Assembly (NCBI RefSeq): GCF_001194135.2
Contig: NC_068981.1
Location: forward strand, 130,522,773 to 130,562,040
Source of the DNA: Octopus bimaculoides
Taxonomy: Eukaryota
Length of the DNA stretch: 39,268 nucleotides
Direction of reading: 5' to 3'
Positions 32,513-39,268 of this stretch are shown here, one piece after another. Position 1 is the first letter of the stretch. Each line of letters begins with the position of its first letter. The notes under the pieces are model-generated. The model saw only the letters and a program-made list of their open reading frames with translations, made no database searches and was not told the DNA's origin. The translations under genes and the position numbers were made by a program.

Positions 32513-32951
32513 TATATATATATTCTTCAGTTTGGTTTTAGATCCTCTGTCAGCTGCTTAGAATCTAAATTCTTTATGCTTTTTCTTTGTATTACAACAT
32601 AAATGAATAATTTAGCAGGGCTGAATGAGGGGAAAGTACATAACATAAATTGCTGGCATCAAGAATTAAGTTAAATTGTATTAATATTTATAACATAAAA
32701 GAAGTTATTGCTTAAAATATCCATGGATTTAAAATACAATTTTATGTATAAAAATGAAGAAAGTAGATTTCAATGTGTTATTAATACATGTATAATTAGT
32801 TGTTAAAACCAATTTGTTCATCTGAGATGTGTCTTGTGTATGACATTTTTTTTCGATAAAATACTCTAGCCTCTATTTCTTTTTCTAGCTATTCTTATCC
32901 TACCATGGAGCAACTTGCTGATGCTGTCCACCATGTTGTTGAGCATTACAA
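5358..32951 (+). CDS. NDRG: NDRG-family protein, partial 5' part: join(5358..5453,11868..11967,18555..18675,23442..23483,32889..32951); continues beyond window
   Basis: Spliced translation contains the NDRG motifs ILTFHDIGLNH, CFQGFF, HLNAPGQEEGA and YPTMEQLAD. All junctions are GT-AG and phases are compatible (0,1,2,2,2). Family-level call only; I cannot assign it to a vertebrate paralog 1-4. Confidence 0.95.
5560..6140 (-). mobile_element. Decayed RTE-clade LINE, 3' coding end
   Basis: Minus-strand translation IEKSQLQCYGHVIRML**KLTRWILQAEPTGRRPRGRPRM*QL matches the RTE C-terminal motif QLRWFGHVxRM...GxRPRGRPxxRW. Confidence 0.85.
7228..8200 (-). mobile_element. Decayed Tc1/mariner transposase, maT (DD37D) family
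   Basis: Minus strand reads LTQEMKRHAVIMAIK...MRSIAKDLYVSEGTIRNVVHEDIRYKSY...WFFSAKK...VMVLGVV...YVFQQ(N)SALSH...TPNI*PLNSPDFNPLDYYVWSIVERE. 37 residues lie between the second (D->N) and third catalytic Asp; stops and frameshifts are present. Confidence 0.9.
8205..8400 (-). mobile_element. tRNA-headed SINE, CORE-like family
   Basis: Reverse complement shows a tRNA-like head (ggtttcaattcct B-box-like) and cttgagcaa...ttgctccagtctactcagctg. Homologous to 8487-8640 on the opposite strand. Confidence 0.7.
8487..8730 (+). mobile_element. tRNA-headed SINE, CORE-like family
   Basis: agtggttaag...gattcctg...ccttgagtaa...cattgctccagtttactcagctg; same family as 8205-8400. Confidence 0.65.
9116..9490 (+). 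mobile_element. Full-length tRNA-derived SINE with (CAA)n tail and TSD
   Basis: A-box-like TGGCCCATTGG, B-box-like GGTTTCGATTCC, about 300-bp body, caacaacaac tail; flanked by atgtgagagg (9106-9115) and atgtgggagg (9491-9500). Many CpGs retained. Confidence 0.9.
11868..11967 (+). CDS. NDRG: NDRG exon EEDVETPCGNIRVAIQGDRAKPAILTFHDIGLN(H)
   Basis: Long T-rich tract then tttag|GAG; donor AACC|gtaaga; 100 nt, phase 0 to 1; hallmark ILTFHDIGLN motif. Confidence 0.97.
12993..13642 (+). mobile_element. CR1/L2/Jockey-like LINE reverse transcriptase fragment between two gaps
   Basis: YADDTK...WAEDNNMQFNAEK...VKDL...G*ILRTF...RLDYCSQLWSP...LEAIQRRFTK in one frame with a single internal stop and an apparent internal deletion. 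Confidence 0.92.
14239..15547. repeat. AT-rich foldback structure: 306-bp inverted repeats enclosing two about 240-bp direct repeats
   Basis: 14239-14544 vs reverse complement of 15242-15547: 10 mismatches by hand count. Direct repeats at about 14581-14821 and 15000-15244 (roughly 80% similar by eye). Confidence 0.93.
16052..16228. repeat. Near-perfect hairpin (83-bp arms, 11-nt loop) formed from a retroposon 3' end
   Basis: 16052-16134 pairs with 16146-16228 with 2 mismatches; loop aacaccaacca. Confidence 0.96.
16308..17070 (+). mobile_element. RTE-clade LINE reverse transcriptase fragment
   Basis: One frame with a single stop (TAG 16731-33): MKTGKTPGPSRITVEML...YKGKVDALDTNNYRGIKLL...QFGFVSGKSTTDAIFLVR*LQKKY...AFVDMEKAFDRVP...GVHQGSVFGPLLF...LLYADDL; truncated by a SINE. 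Confidence 0.95.
17066..18097 (+). mobile_element. Head-to-tail cluster of four copies of a SINE with (ATT)n tails plus one (GAT)-tail fragment
   Basis: Repeated core tttgcctttcatcctt.cggggtcgata.att aagtaccag at about 17070, 17330, 17735 and 17990; (att)n tails at about 17183-17228 and 17848-17886. Confidence 0.9.
18555..18675 (+). CDS. NDRG: NDRG exon (H)TTCFQGFFGFADMQPILRHFCVYHLNAPGQEEGALQLRP(E/D)
   Basis: Acceptor ttttcag|AT; donor CCAGA|gtcagt; 121 nt, phase 1 to 2; conserved CF..FF and APGQ..GA motifs. Confidence 0.97.
20600..20965 (+). mobile_element. Decayed tRNA-headed SINE with internal GT-rich tract
   Basis: caaccatatggttttgg...gccttgtgaatgaattt..agatggaaactg is homologous to the heads at 22631 and 28270. 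Confidence 0.7.
22631..23108 (+). mobile_element. tRNA-headed SINE with internal (GT)n(AT)n microsatellite and (GAT)n-type tail
   Basis: Head ttccaaccacata...gggttcagtcccact, body gacttgtgagtggatttggtagacagaaactgaaagaag, microsatellite about 22787-22890, tail cccatgctagcatggaaaagtggacgttaaaatga. Confidence 0.85.
23167..23217. repeat. (CT)n microsatellite about 225 nt upstream of the cassette exon
   Basis: Direct reading. Confidence 0.95.
23442..23483 (+). CDS. NDRG: Putative 42-nt cassette exon, (E)QDALGNPETLNGN(S)
   Basis: attag|G ... AACAG|gtcagt; 42 nt, phase 2-2, open in the required frame; a GC-richer island in AT-rich intron. No transcript evidence available. Confidence 0.75.
24022..24232 (-). 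mobile_element. Internally deleted Tc1/mariner derivative (MITE-like, 211 bp)
   Basis: TIR cagggtgattcaaa at both ends, TA duplications at 24020-21 and 24233-34. Minus strand retains a transposase C-terminus-like peptide VSLDVLLRVHNEWGKRIAMCIQNNGNHI. Confidence 0.88.
24341..24770 (+). mobile_element. Two tandem SINE copies separated and flanked by three copies of a 17-bp target sequence
   Basis: Copies start at 24341 and about 24558; 17-mers at 24324-24340, 24541-24557 and 24771-24787. Confidence 0.9.
24895..25440 (-). mobile_element. Putative decayed DNA-transposon ORF, possibly Mutator-like (MULE)
   Basis: Minus strand reads HNKVCKKDFRSSNDWWRYIYDKTRNVLSFYD...LRSAVSSVANLVNSWGSTNTWTTNNCE with stops. 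The WTxNNCE resembles the MULE TNNNxES motif (from recall, unverified). Confidence 0.45.
25530..26850 (+). mobile_element. Highly decayed CR1/Jockey-like LINE RT region, interrupted by a MITE
   Basis: Remnant motifs DISKAFD (about 25547), SGVP*DSLM across the MITE, and LSWSSHINNIVKFASQRFTLIFRVRKYF. Confidence 0.7.
25728..25936. mobile_element. piggyBac-type MITE (209 bp) with TTAA TSD
   Basis: ttaa|cccattaacatttaaa ... tctgaatgctaaaggg|ttaa; removing it restores the LINE reading S-G-V-P-*-D-S. Confidence 0.85.
28270..29092 (+). mobile_element. tRNA-headed SINE apparently split by an about 370-bp AT-rich insertion
   Basis: Head 28270-28430 and body/tail 28805-29092 match the two halves of the 22631-23108 copy; unrelated AT-rich DNA lies between. 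Confidence 0.7.
28646..28803. repeat. AT-rich hairpin (70/66-bp arms, 22-nt loop)
   Basis: 28646-28715 vs reverse complement of 28738-28803: 4 mismatches plus one 4-nt indel. Confidence 0.88.
29490..30700 (-). mobile_element. Decayed R4/Dong-like non-LTR retrotransposon (RT plus restriction-like endonuclease region)
   Basis: Minus strand: FFEDDIKIY, IFSADIGMQFDLKKC, YK*LGFDE, FHSNSDIYRLFLGRKEGG, LAIQE, and a frameshifted TKCTHN.PDVVIWD-like REL remnant. These match R4/Dong motifs such as FSDDIGMxFGLDKC and SDIDRLYLPRKEGGRGL. Confidence 0.82.
32889..32951 (+). CDS. NDRG: NDRG exon YSYPTMEQLADAVHHVVEHY
   Basis: Acceptor tttcttttctag|C; donor ACAA|gtaagt; 63 nt, phase 2-2; matches the NDRG YxYPSMDQLA helix. 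Confidence 0.96.
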
Positions 32952-34036
32952 GTAAGTGTTGTTTCTTTTTCTTATTAATGGTGTGTGACTATTTTAAATA
33001 ATACTTCCTTATTTCTCTTTTATTTTATTATTCAAATTGGACTCCAGTTGATACCATTATAACATTTTTTTTTAGCTCAGAATAATTACAGTTTTTTTTT
33101 TTATGTTTCACTCCTTACAAGTGTTGTTGTAGCAATAGATACAATGATGATATATAATGCTGTGTAACAATTTTATTTTTTTTTGGTCAATAAATGTTAT
33201 TTCCTATTTACTTCTGTTTAGAAATCTAAACAAATGACTATTATTCCCTTCAAACTTTGCTTTTGTGACCAGGACATCAATGTTTTGAAACTGGCCTGTT
33301 TTCCATTACATTCCAGACAGATTCAGTGCTGAATTGCTGAAGTAGAAATATCGTTATAACAAATATTCTGCCCAGGACCATAGATTTGCTTGTCAGTTGT
33401 TTGTCTGTAACCACTTGTGCATGTCCCTTAATGGCTGACAATATGTGCATCTATGATCATGAGCAGGAGTGGTGGGGAGCATCATAACCATGTGTTGAGA
33501 GGAATTCTTTGGGGTTTGAATAATTGTAACAAAAACAAAATTTGACGGAAATATTAGCCATTTTTTTCATACTGTTTAGGAGTAAGCAAATAGGAAATGA
33601 CAGTTGCTACCCAAAGACAGAAATTGTATTACACAGCATAATGCAACAGATATAGTAATGATGGCAACATTTGATTTTGCTAGTTGTCAAATACGTTGTC
33701 ATGGTCATAGCTGGACTAGAGTTACACTATATATTTTCTCATGATGTGATTGTGGCTGAAACAAGGCAAAATCCATCCCTCCATCCATTTATTCATTCAT
33801 TCAATAATGTTACAGTTGGCTAGGTTAATGTGATTTAGCCAATGTTACTGATGGAAGATGAATGCTTTAATGCTGTCACCAACATTACTCTGTGCATTTG
33901 ATGAAAACCTCTTTTAATTATAGAGACTGTTTGCAGGAGTAGTATTTAGGGACTGTAGGAAAATGTATACTATTAGAATACAATACTGTTAGCAGCATGA
34001 ACGCTGTGTACTTGATAAATAGCACACTCGATTTAA

Positions 34037-34254
34037 CCCTTTTGTTATCATATTTCTGTTGAAATACTCTTTGTTTCAATTAATTTTGAAACCAATGAAG
34101 AATTTATTAAAGTCATTGTGTCCTTATTGAATTTGTGTTTGGAATATAAATTAACATTAAATTCTGGTTGGAGACTTCAATTTAGATCATTTTAAAACAG
34201 TGGATTTGTATCATAGGATTATTGTTGGTCTCTGGCAAGTTAGCATCAAAAGGG
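34037..34254. mobile_element. Second piggyBac-type MITE (different internal sequence)
   Basis: ttaa|cccttttgtta ... atcaaaaggg|ttta (one change in the TSD). Confidence 0.7.
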
Positions 34255-34588
34255 TTTAGTGTGTGGCTCAAATCTTCTCAAGCAAGAGCTTGGCTTGAAG
34301 AAAGATAAACTCCATCAATCCCAGAAACTCCTCCATGGAAGACACATAGTCCATCTCACCTGTGTCAGAAGTCATAATCCCTGGCAACTTCAGTGTGCAC
34401 ATCTCTCTTTGTCTATAATCAAAATGTTACTCTACCAATATTAACTGTTGTTGTAGTGCCATTCTTGAGTATTATCTGCAACAAGTTTCTTAAGTCTAAA
34501 CGTATATCTGACAGGCACACTGTCACTTCTAAAACCTGGTCATAAATGTTTCTTACCAAACTGGAATAATTTTGGTCATTACCTAGAT

Positions 34589-34670
34589 AAGGCTTTCCAC
34601 TTCAACCTGCGAAATAACCTTGGACTCTGAAGGCTTTCCACTTCAACCTGCGAAACAACCTTGGACTCTG
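34589..34670. repeat. 41-bp tandem duplication
   Basis: aaggctttccacttcaacctgcgaaa(t/c)aaccttggactctg x2, one mismatch. Confidence 0.96.
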
Positions 34671-35048
34671 TCGTCACTTTGCCCTTGAGTTAGAAAAATA
34701 AAAAGGGAAAGAAAAGATTGATGCAAGGGAAGAAACTCTTCATTGGACTTAAAATAAACTTAAGGTTGTTGCTTGACAATATCAAAACATTGACTCAGAC
34801 AATGCATTAGCTAATCATCATACCCTCCCTCCCCCTCCCCTCCCCTCCCNNNNNNNNNNNNNNNNNNNNNNNNNNNNNNNNNNNNNNNNNNNNNNNNNNN
34901 NNNNNNNNNNNNNNNNNNNNNNNNNNNNNNNNNNNNNNNNNNNNNNNNNNNNNNNNNNNNNNNNNNNNNNNNNNNNNNNNNNNNNNNCTCTCTTCCTTCT
35001 CTCCTTCCCCCCTCCCCCTCTTTTTCTTTATTGAATTTAAACTAATTA

Positions 35049-35531
35049 TTGGGTCATCCCATAAATACTGCGGTTTTTTCAATTGCATGAACTAATAGTC
35101 AGAGGATGACAGGATAAACTACCTACATCAACTTGCTATAAAAGTAGGTAGTAATTTTACCATTTCCTTATTCTTAGTGCAAGTTTTGAAGAATGCAGTC
35201 CGATTTTAACAGTTATTTTTTCAAAACTATAATAGAAGTCACAAAGGAGATATTCAGCATATTTTGCTTTATGAGTTCAATAAAAGCAACAGTGCAACAG
35301 AAAGTGCGAGGAATATTAATGCAGTATATGGGGATTGGAATGTGTCAAAGATGGTTCCAGAAATTCTGAGCCGGAAACTACAACCTAGAAGATGAGCCTC
35401 AGCTTTGAAGATCTTTAGAGTTCGATGAGGACATCGTGCAAACCCTGGTGGAACAAAACTGTTGAGGAACCAGCAGAGAAGCTTGGATTCGGTCATTCAA
35501 CCATTCATTGACACCTGTGTGCCATCAGAAA
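35049..35531 (+). mobile_element. 5' half of a mariner element (TIR plus HTH region), 3'-truncated
   Basis: TA then TIR-like ttgggtcatcccataaatactgcgg; decayed ORF from 35232: (M)EVTKE...ILLYEFNKSNSATESARNINAVYGD...KLGFGHSTIH*HL. Confidence 0.88.
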
Positions 35532-36690
35532 ATCGTTCAACCCATGCTAGCATGGAAAGCGGACGTTAAACGATGATGATGATGATTTGGCTCTGCCTTT
35601 CCTCATTTTGGGGTTGATAAAATAAGTACCAGTTGAACACAGGTGTTGATGTAATCAACTTATTCCCTCTCCTGAAATTGATGACTTTGTGCTAAAATTT
35701 GAGACTATTATCATTATGACAGCAAGCTGGCACAATTTTTACTTCTCCAGACAAAATGCTTAGCAGCACTTCTTCTGGCTCCTAACATACTGAGTTCAAA
35801 TTCTACTAAGATCAACTTTGCCTTTCATCCTTTCCAGATGGATAAAATAAGGTATAAATTGAGTACTGGGGTTGATGTAATCAATCATTCCCACTTCCCC
35901 TCAAAAATTTCGGGCCTTGTGCCTGTAGTAGATAGGATCATTATTAGGAAGGGCATCTGGCTGTAGAAACTATACAAAAACATAAGCAGAGATTGGTACA
36001 ATCTTCTGACTTACCAGTTTCAGTCAAACCGTTCTATTCCTGCTAGCATGGAAAATCGATGTTAAATTATTATTATTATTATTATTAAGGTGCGAGCTGC
36101 TAGAATTGTTAGCGCATCAGGCAAAATGCTTAGCAGTATTTTGTTTGTCTTTATGACCTGAGTTCAAATTCTGTTGAGGATGATTTTGTTTTTCATCCTT
36201 TTGGGTCAATAAAACAAGTACCAGTTAAGCACTGGGATTGATGGAATCAGCTTACACTTTCCCCCAAATTCGCTAGTCTTGTGCCAAAATTTGAAACCAT
36301 TATTATTATTATTATGATTATTATTATTGTTGTTATTATTATTATTATTATTGTTGTTCTTATTATAATTTTTAAGGTGGTCAGTTGGCAGATTTGTTAG
36401 CATGCCAGGCAAAATGCTTAGTGGCATTTTGTCTGTCCTTACATTCTGAGTTCAAATTCTGCCAAGGTTGACTTTGCCTTTCATCCTTTCGGTGTCGATT
36501 AAATAAGTACTAGTTACACACTGGGGTCGATGTAATGAACATAATCCCCTTCCCCCAAATTTGAGGCCTTGTGCTTCCAGTAGAAAGGATTATTATTATT
36601 ATAAGTACTGGAGTCAATGTAATTGACTACTAGCCCCCTTCCTCCAAATTTCAGGCTGTGTGCCTGTAGTGGAAAGGATTACTATTATTA
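35528..36690 (+). mobile_element. Head-to-tail stack of at least five (ATT)n-tailed SINE copies or fragments plus two (GAT)-family tail fragments
   Basis: SINE units at about 35586, 35718, 36087, 36374 and 36601; tail fragments at 35528-35586 and 35947-36086; units joined by (att)n/(gat)n. Confidence 0.9.
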
Positions 36691-37213
36691 TTATTGTTGT
36701 TGTTGTTGTTGTTTCTCTATTGAAACCAAACTACTTATAAGCAGCTCACCACCAAACACTAACCCAATCTTTTGCTGTCTCATTTAGCCACAAAAATTTT
36801 TTTTCTAGTAAGCAAATCAATATGATGCATCTAATAAAGGATGGTAGTAGGAATAACGATAAAATAAATAAATATTTGGAAGCCTGTTAAACACTATCAA
36901 ATCAATTAGATTAAACTAAAAAGGCAGTGCTTTGATAACAGAGTAAACATTGCTTGCAAACATATTACCATTGCACTGCAACAATGGAGCGTGTTTCCTA
37001 CTGCATAGTTTAATTAAGGCAGTCACTCTTGGCTTGTGTCCATGTCTATGTAGAGTCTTTTGTGAATAGCGGAAATTTGAAATGGTCTGAAAGTTGCCAG
37101 TTGGGTTAAGCATGAACAAAACATTTTAGATGCCATATAATTCATTAAAAATATACTTGAATCTTTGATTTTTGTATACTTGTGTCTTTGATTAGTGTTA
37201 GGCAGATTGCATA

Positions 37214-37333
37214 AATGTGTGTCTATACATCCCTCCTCCATACATGTATGTATATGTGTGTGTGTATGTATATATGTATGTGTGTGTATATATGTGTCTG
37301 TGTATATATGTATATGTGTGTATATATATTCAG

Positions 37334-37377
<44 letters not shown>
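37214..37377. repeat. Compound (GT/AT/AC)n low-complexity tract; similar tracts at 32077-32520 and 38983-39006
   Basis: Direct reading; two of these tracts border assembly gaps. Confidence 0.9.
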
Positions 37378-37489
37378 NNNNNNNNNNNNNNNNNNNNNNN
37401 NNNNNNNNNNNNNNNNNNNNNNNNNNNNNNNNNNNNNNNNNNNNNNNNNNNNNNNNNNNNNNNNNNNNNNNNNNNNNTTCATTATTCTC

Positions 37490-37522
37490 TTTAACCCGGG
37501 CAACGCCGGGTATTTCTGCTAG
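37490..37522 (+). mobile_element. Helitron 3' terminus
   Basis: GC-rich hairpin cccgg-gcaacg-ccggg (37495-37510), 8-nt spacer, then CTAG (37519-37522) followed by T; canonical Helitron 3' signature. 5' end not identified (gap upstream). Confidence 0.75.
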
Positions 37523-37599
37523 TAGCTCTCTAAATTTCTCTATCCAATACTTATTCTAGCAACTATACTCACTGACAATTTTCCTCCATTTCTAATTAA

Positions 37600-38560
37600 G
37601 TCAACAGAAACTATCTGCTAACTTTAGGGAGCCTCCTGGGCATTTGAGAAAATCTATTTCCTATATATCCTTCCTGTTTATTGCTCTTGTCCATCTTCTA
37701 TATACAAAAACTTCCTCTCATCTAGGCTATTCTTTTTTTTGTTTTTAATTGACCTATAGCTTTTTCAGTAATTTTCATAACCTGCTCCAGCATATTGATG
37801 CCTCTGTAGTTATTTCTTGGGCATCTCCTTTACCCTTGTAACAATTGACTATGATGTTGCTACACCAGTCATTGTGTATGATACCTTCCTGTACAACCTG
37901 ATTAATTATATGAATGACTAGACTATATTGTACACCACCAGATATTTTAAAACATCGTGGTGATTCCTGATGAACCAGGAGCTTATCTTGCCTGCATATG
38001 CTTTATTATCTTATTTACCTTATTGCTGTCAACTAGGACAGCTGGTCCCTCTCTTGGGTCCACATTGGGAAAATGCTCTTTCTTCCAAGCTTTTTCCATA
38101 TTTAATAACATTTCATGTGCAAGTGTACCATTATCCATCTGCCCACACTTGTCATCCACAACATCTCATTTCATTGTGACACACTATCTTGCAATTTGGA
38201 ATATCTTACGCCTCTGATCTTCACCCTGTATAACATTGGCAAATTTCATACTTTCTGTATTTCTCTTTGCTATGTAAACCTGTCATCTAGCTTCTCATAT
38301 GTCTTAACTGATATAATTCTCTGCTGCTTCTATTTTCCTAGTCTTTCCAGACCTATTATTTCACTTTTATAACTCTGTGTACCTCACAATTCCATCACTA
38401 CTTCACTCTCAGTCTGGCCAAGACTTGACCTTGCACCGGCCAGAGAAGTGGTCTATAGCCCTCAGTAGCTTGCCCCTTAGGAACTTCCAGTTGTCCTCTA
38501 TGCTCCTCCTTTGCTTCATCAAATACTTCAACTAGAATTTCTCTAAATATTTGACTGTTT
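37600..38560 (-). mobile_element. Decayed RTE LINE fragment, same family as 16308-17070
   Basis: Reverse complement contains cccaagagagggaccagctgtcctagttgacagc...aaaatatctgg...aatcaggttgtacaggaagg...tgttacaagggtaaaggagatgc...aactacagaggcatc, collinear with 16328-16600. Confidence 0.85.
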
Positions 38561-38976
38561 ACTGGTCCTTTGATATTCTTTATTTCCTTTTTCCAAACTG
38601 AATTATCTTTCATGGGGTTTAGATTTATATTGTAAATAAATGAATCCACTTCTGATGCCAGGTCTTACAGCAAAACAAGCTATACTCATAGAGAGATAAA
38701 CCCTATTAATAATAAATATATTATTATTTGTGTGTCTGTGTGTGCGCATGCAGACTCCAAAGAGACTGGTGTTAGCAAGGCTTGTGTTATTTAGTAAAAT
38801 CAATAAAAAAAGAGTGCAGTGAAATTAGTGAGAGACAGCAGAGTTCTGCATCCTCTGCTGCCTCTCATTAATTTCTTTCCTGTCAACTTTTACCTGAAGG
38901 ACTTTGTCTGAAATGTTGGATTTTCCACACCCCACAACAAATTCACTCCACTCTTTTTTTTTTTATTTATCTATTT

Positions 38977-39011
<35 letters not shown>

Positions 39012-39268
39012 TTAGATTTAGATTCAAAAATTGAATATGGTACTTATGTTTAGGCACCAGAATATAGTATGGTATGGTATTATATAAAAACCATTCCAAA
39101 ACCTAGGTGATCAAAAAATCAAAATAAGCAACACGGATTTTAAAGATGGTTGCAGTACGCACGTTTCATGCTACTCCATTTATTTAAGTACTGCGAGCAT
39201 TACATTAAATGCAATATGTAGAGCAATCTTCAGCTGCACGAGAATGCAGAAAATTACAGTAGAATAGA

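Larger units (their letters stand above)
12893..37477. other. Assembly gaps: 12893-12992, 13643-14238, 15737-15866, 32098-32454, 34850-34987, 37378-37477
   Basis: N runs in the sequence. Confidence 0.99.

Noticed and set aside
32048-32513. ORFs over N runs and dinucleotide repeats (also 12867-14256, 34807-35088, 37023-37559)
   Set aside because: Artefacts of gaps and microsatellites (YIYI, CVCV, THTH, X runs). Only the LINE-derived parts are real coding remnants.
35528-36690. CRISPR-like repeat-spacer array
   Set aside because: Units are about 200-bp diverged SINEs with simple-repeat tails in eukaryotic intron DNA; there are no constant short repeats with unique spacers and no cas genes.
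38398-38649. 83-aa minus-strand ORF as a nested gene
   Set aside because: No recognisable domain or splice support; it is continuous with the decayed RTE fragment at 37600-38560.
32952-39268. Next NDRG exon (expected ..IGxGxGAGAxIL.. segment, phase 2)
   Set aside because: Not found in the window. The GFG at about 35486 belongs to the mariner remnant (KLGFGHSTIH).
39008-39268. CpG-retaining segment after (AT)n at the window end, possibly a transposon terminus
   Set aside because: Cut by the window edge; no TIR partner, TSD or coding motif visible.

Overview
AT-rich eukaryotic genomic DNA, about 39 kb, with six N gaps. The SINE, LINE and microsatellite content suggests a cephalopod such as Octopus; this is inferred, not proven. 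The window lies inside one + strand gene of the NDRG family (catalytically dead alpha/beta-hydrolase fold). Five coding exons can be joined in frame with GT-AG boundaries: 5358-5453, 11868-11967, 18555-18675, 23442-23483 and 32889-32951. They give MERLTDIELSSVHATKPKSTGLVNDATSIVLQEEDVETPCGNIRVAIQGDRAKPAILTFHDIGLNHTTCFQGFFGFADMQPILRHFCVYHLNAPGQEEGALQLRPEQDALGNPETLNGNSYSYPTMEQLADAVHHVVEHY, and the gene continues past the window end. The 42-nt exon is frame-symmetric and looks like a lineage-specific cassette insert. The introns hold decayed elements: RTE, CR1/Jockey-like and R4/Dong-like non-LTR retrotransposons; maT (DD37D), mariner and probable Mutator-like transposase remnants; piggyBac-type TTAA MITEs; a Helitron 3' end; and several SINE families. 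Most ORFs in the supplied track are spurious or are TE fragments. The most unusual non-coding structures are four long inverted repeats (including a 1.3-kb AT-rich foldback island), head-to-tail SINE stacks, and two SINEs separated and flanked by three copies of one 17-bp target sequence. I cannot show a definitively new biological system from sequence alone.
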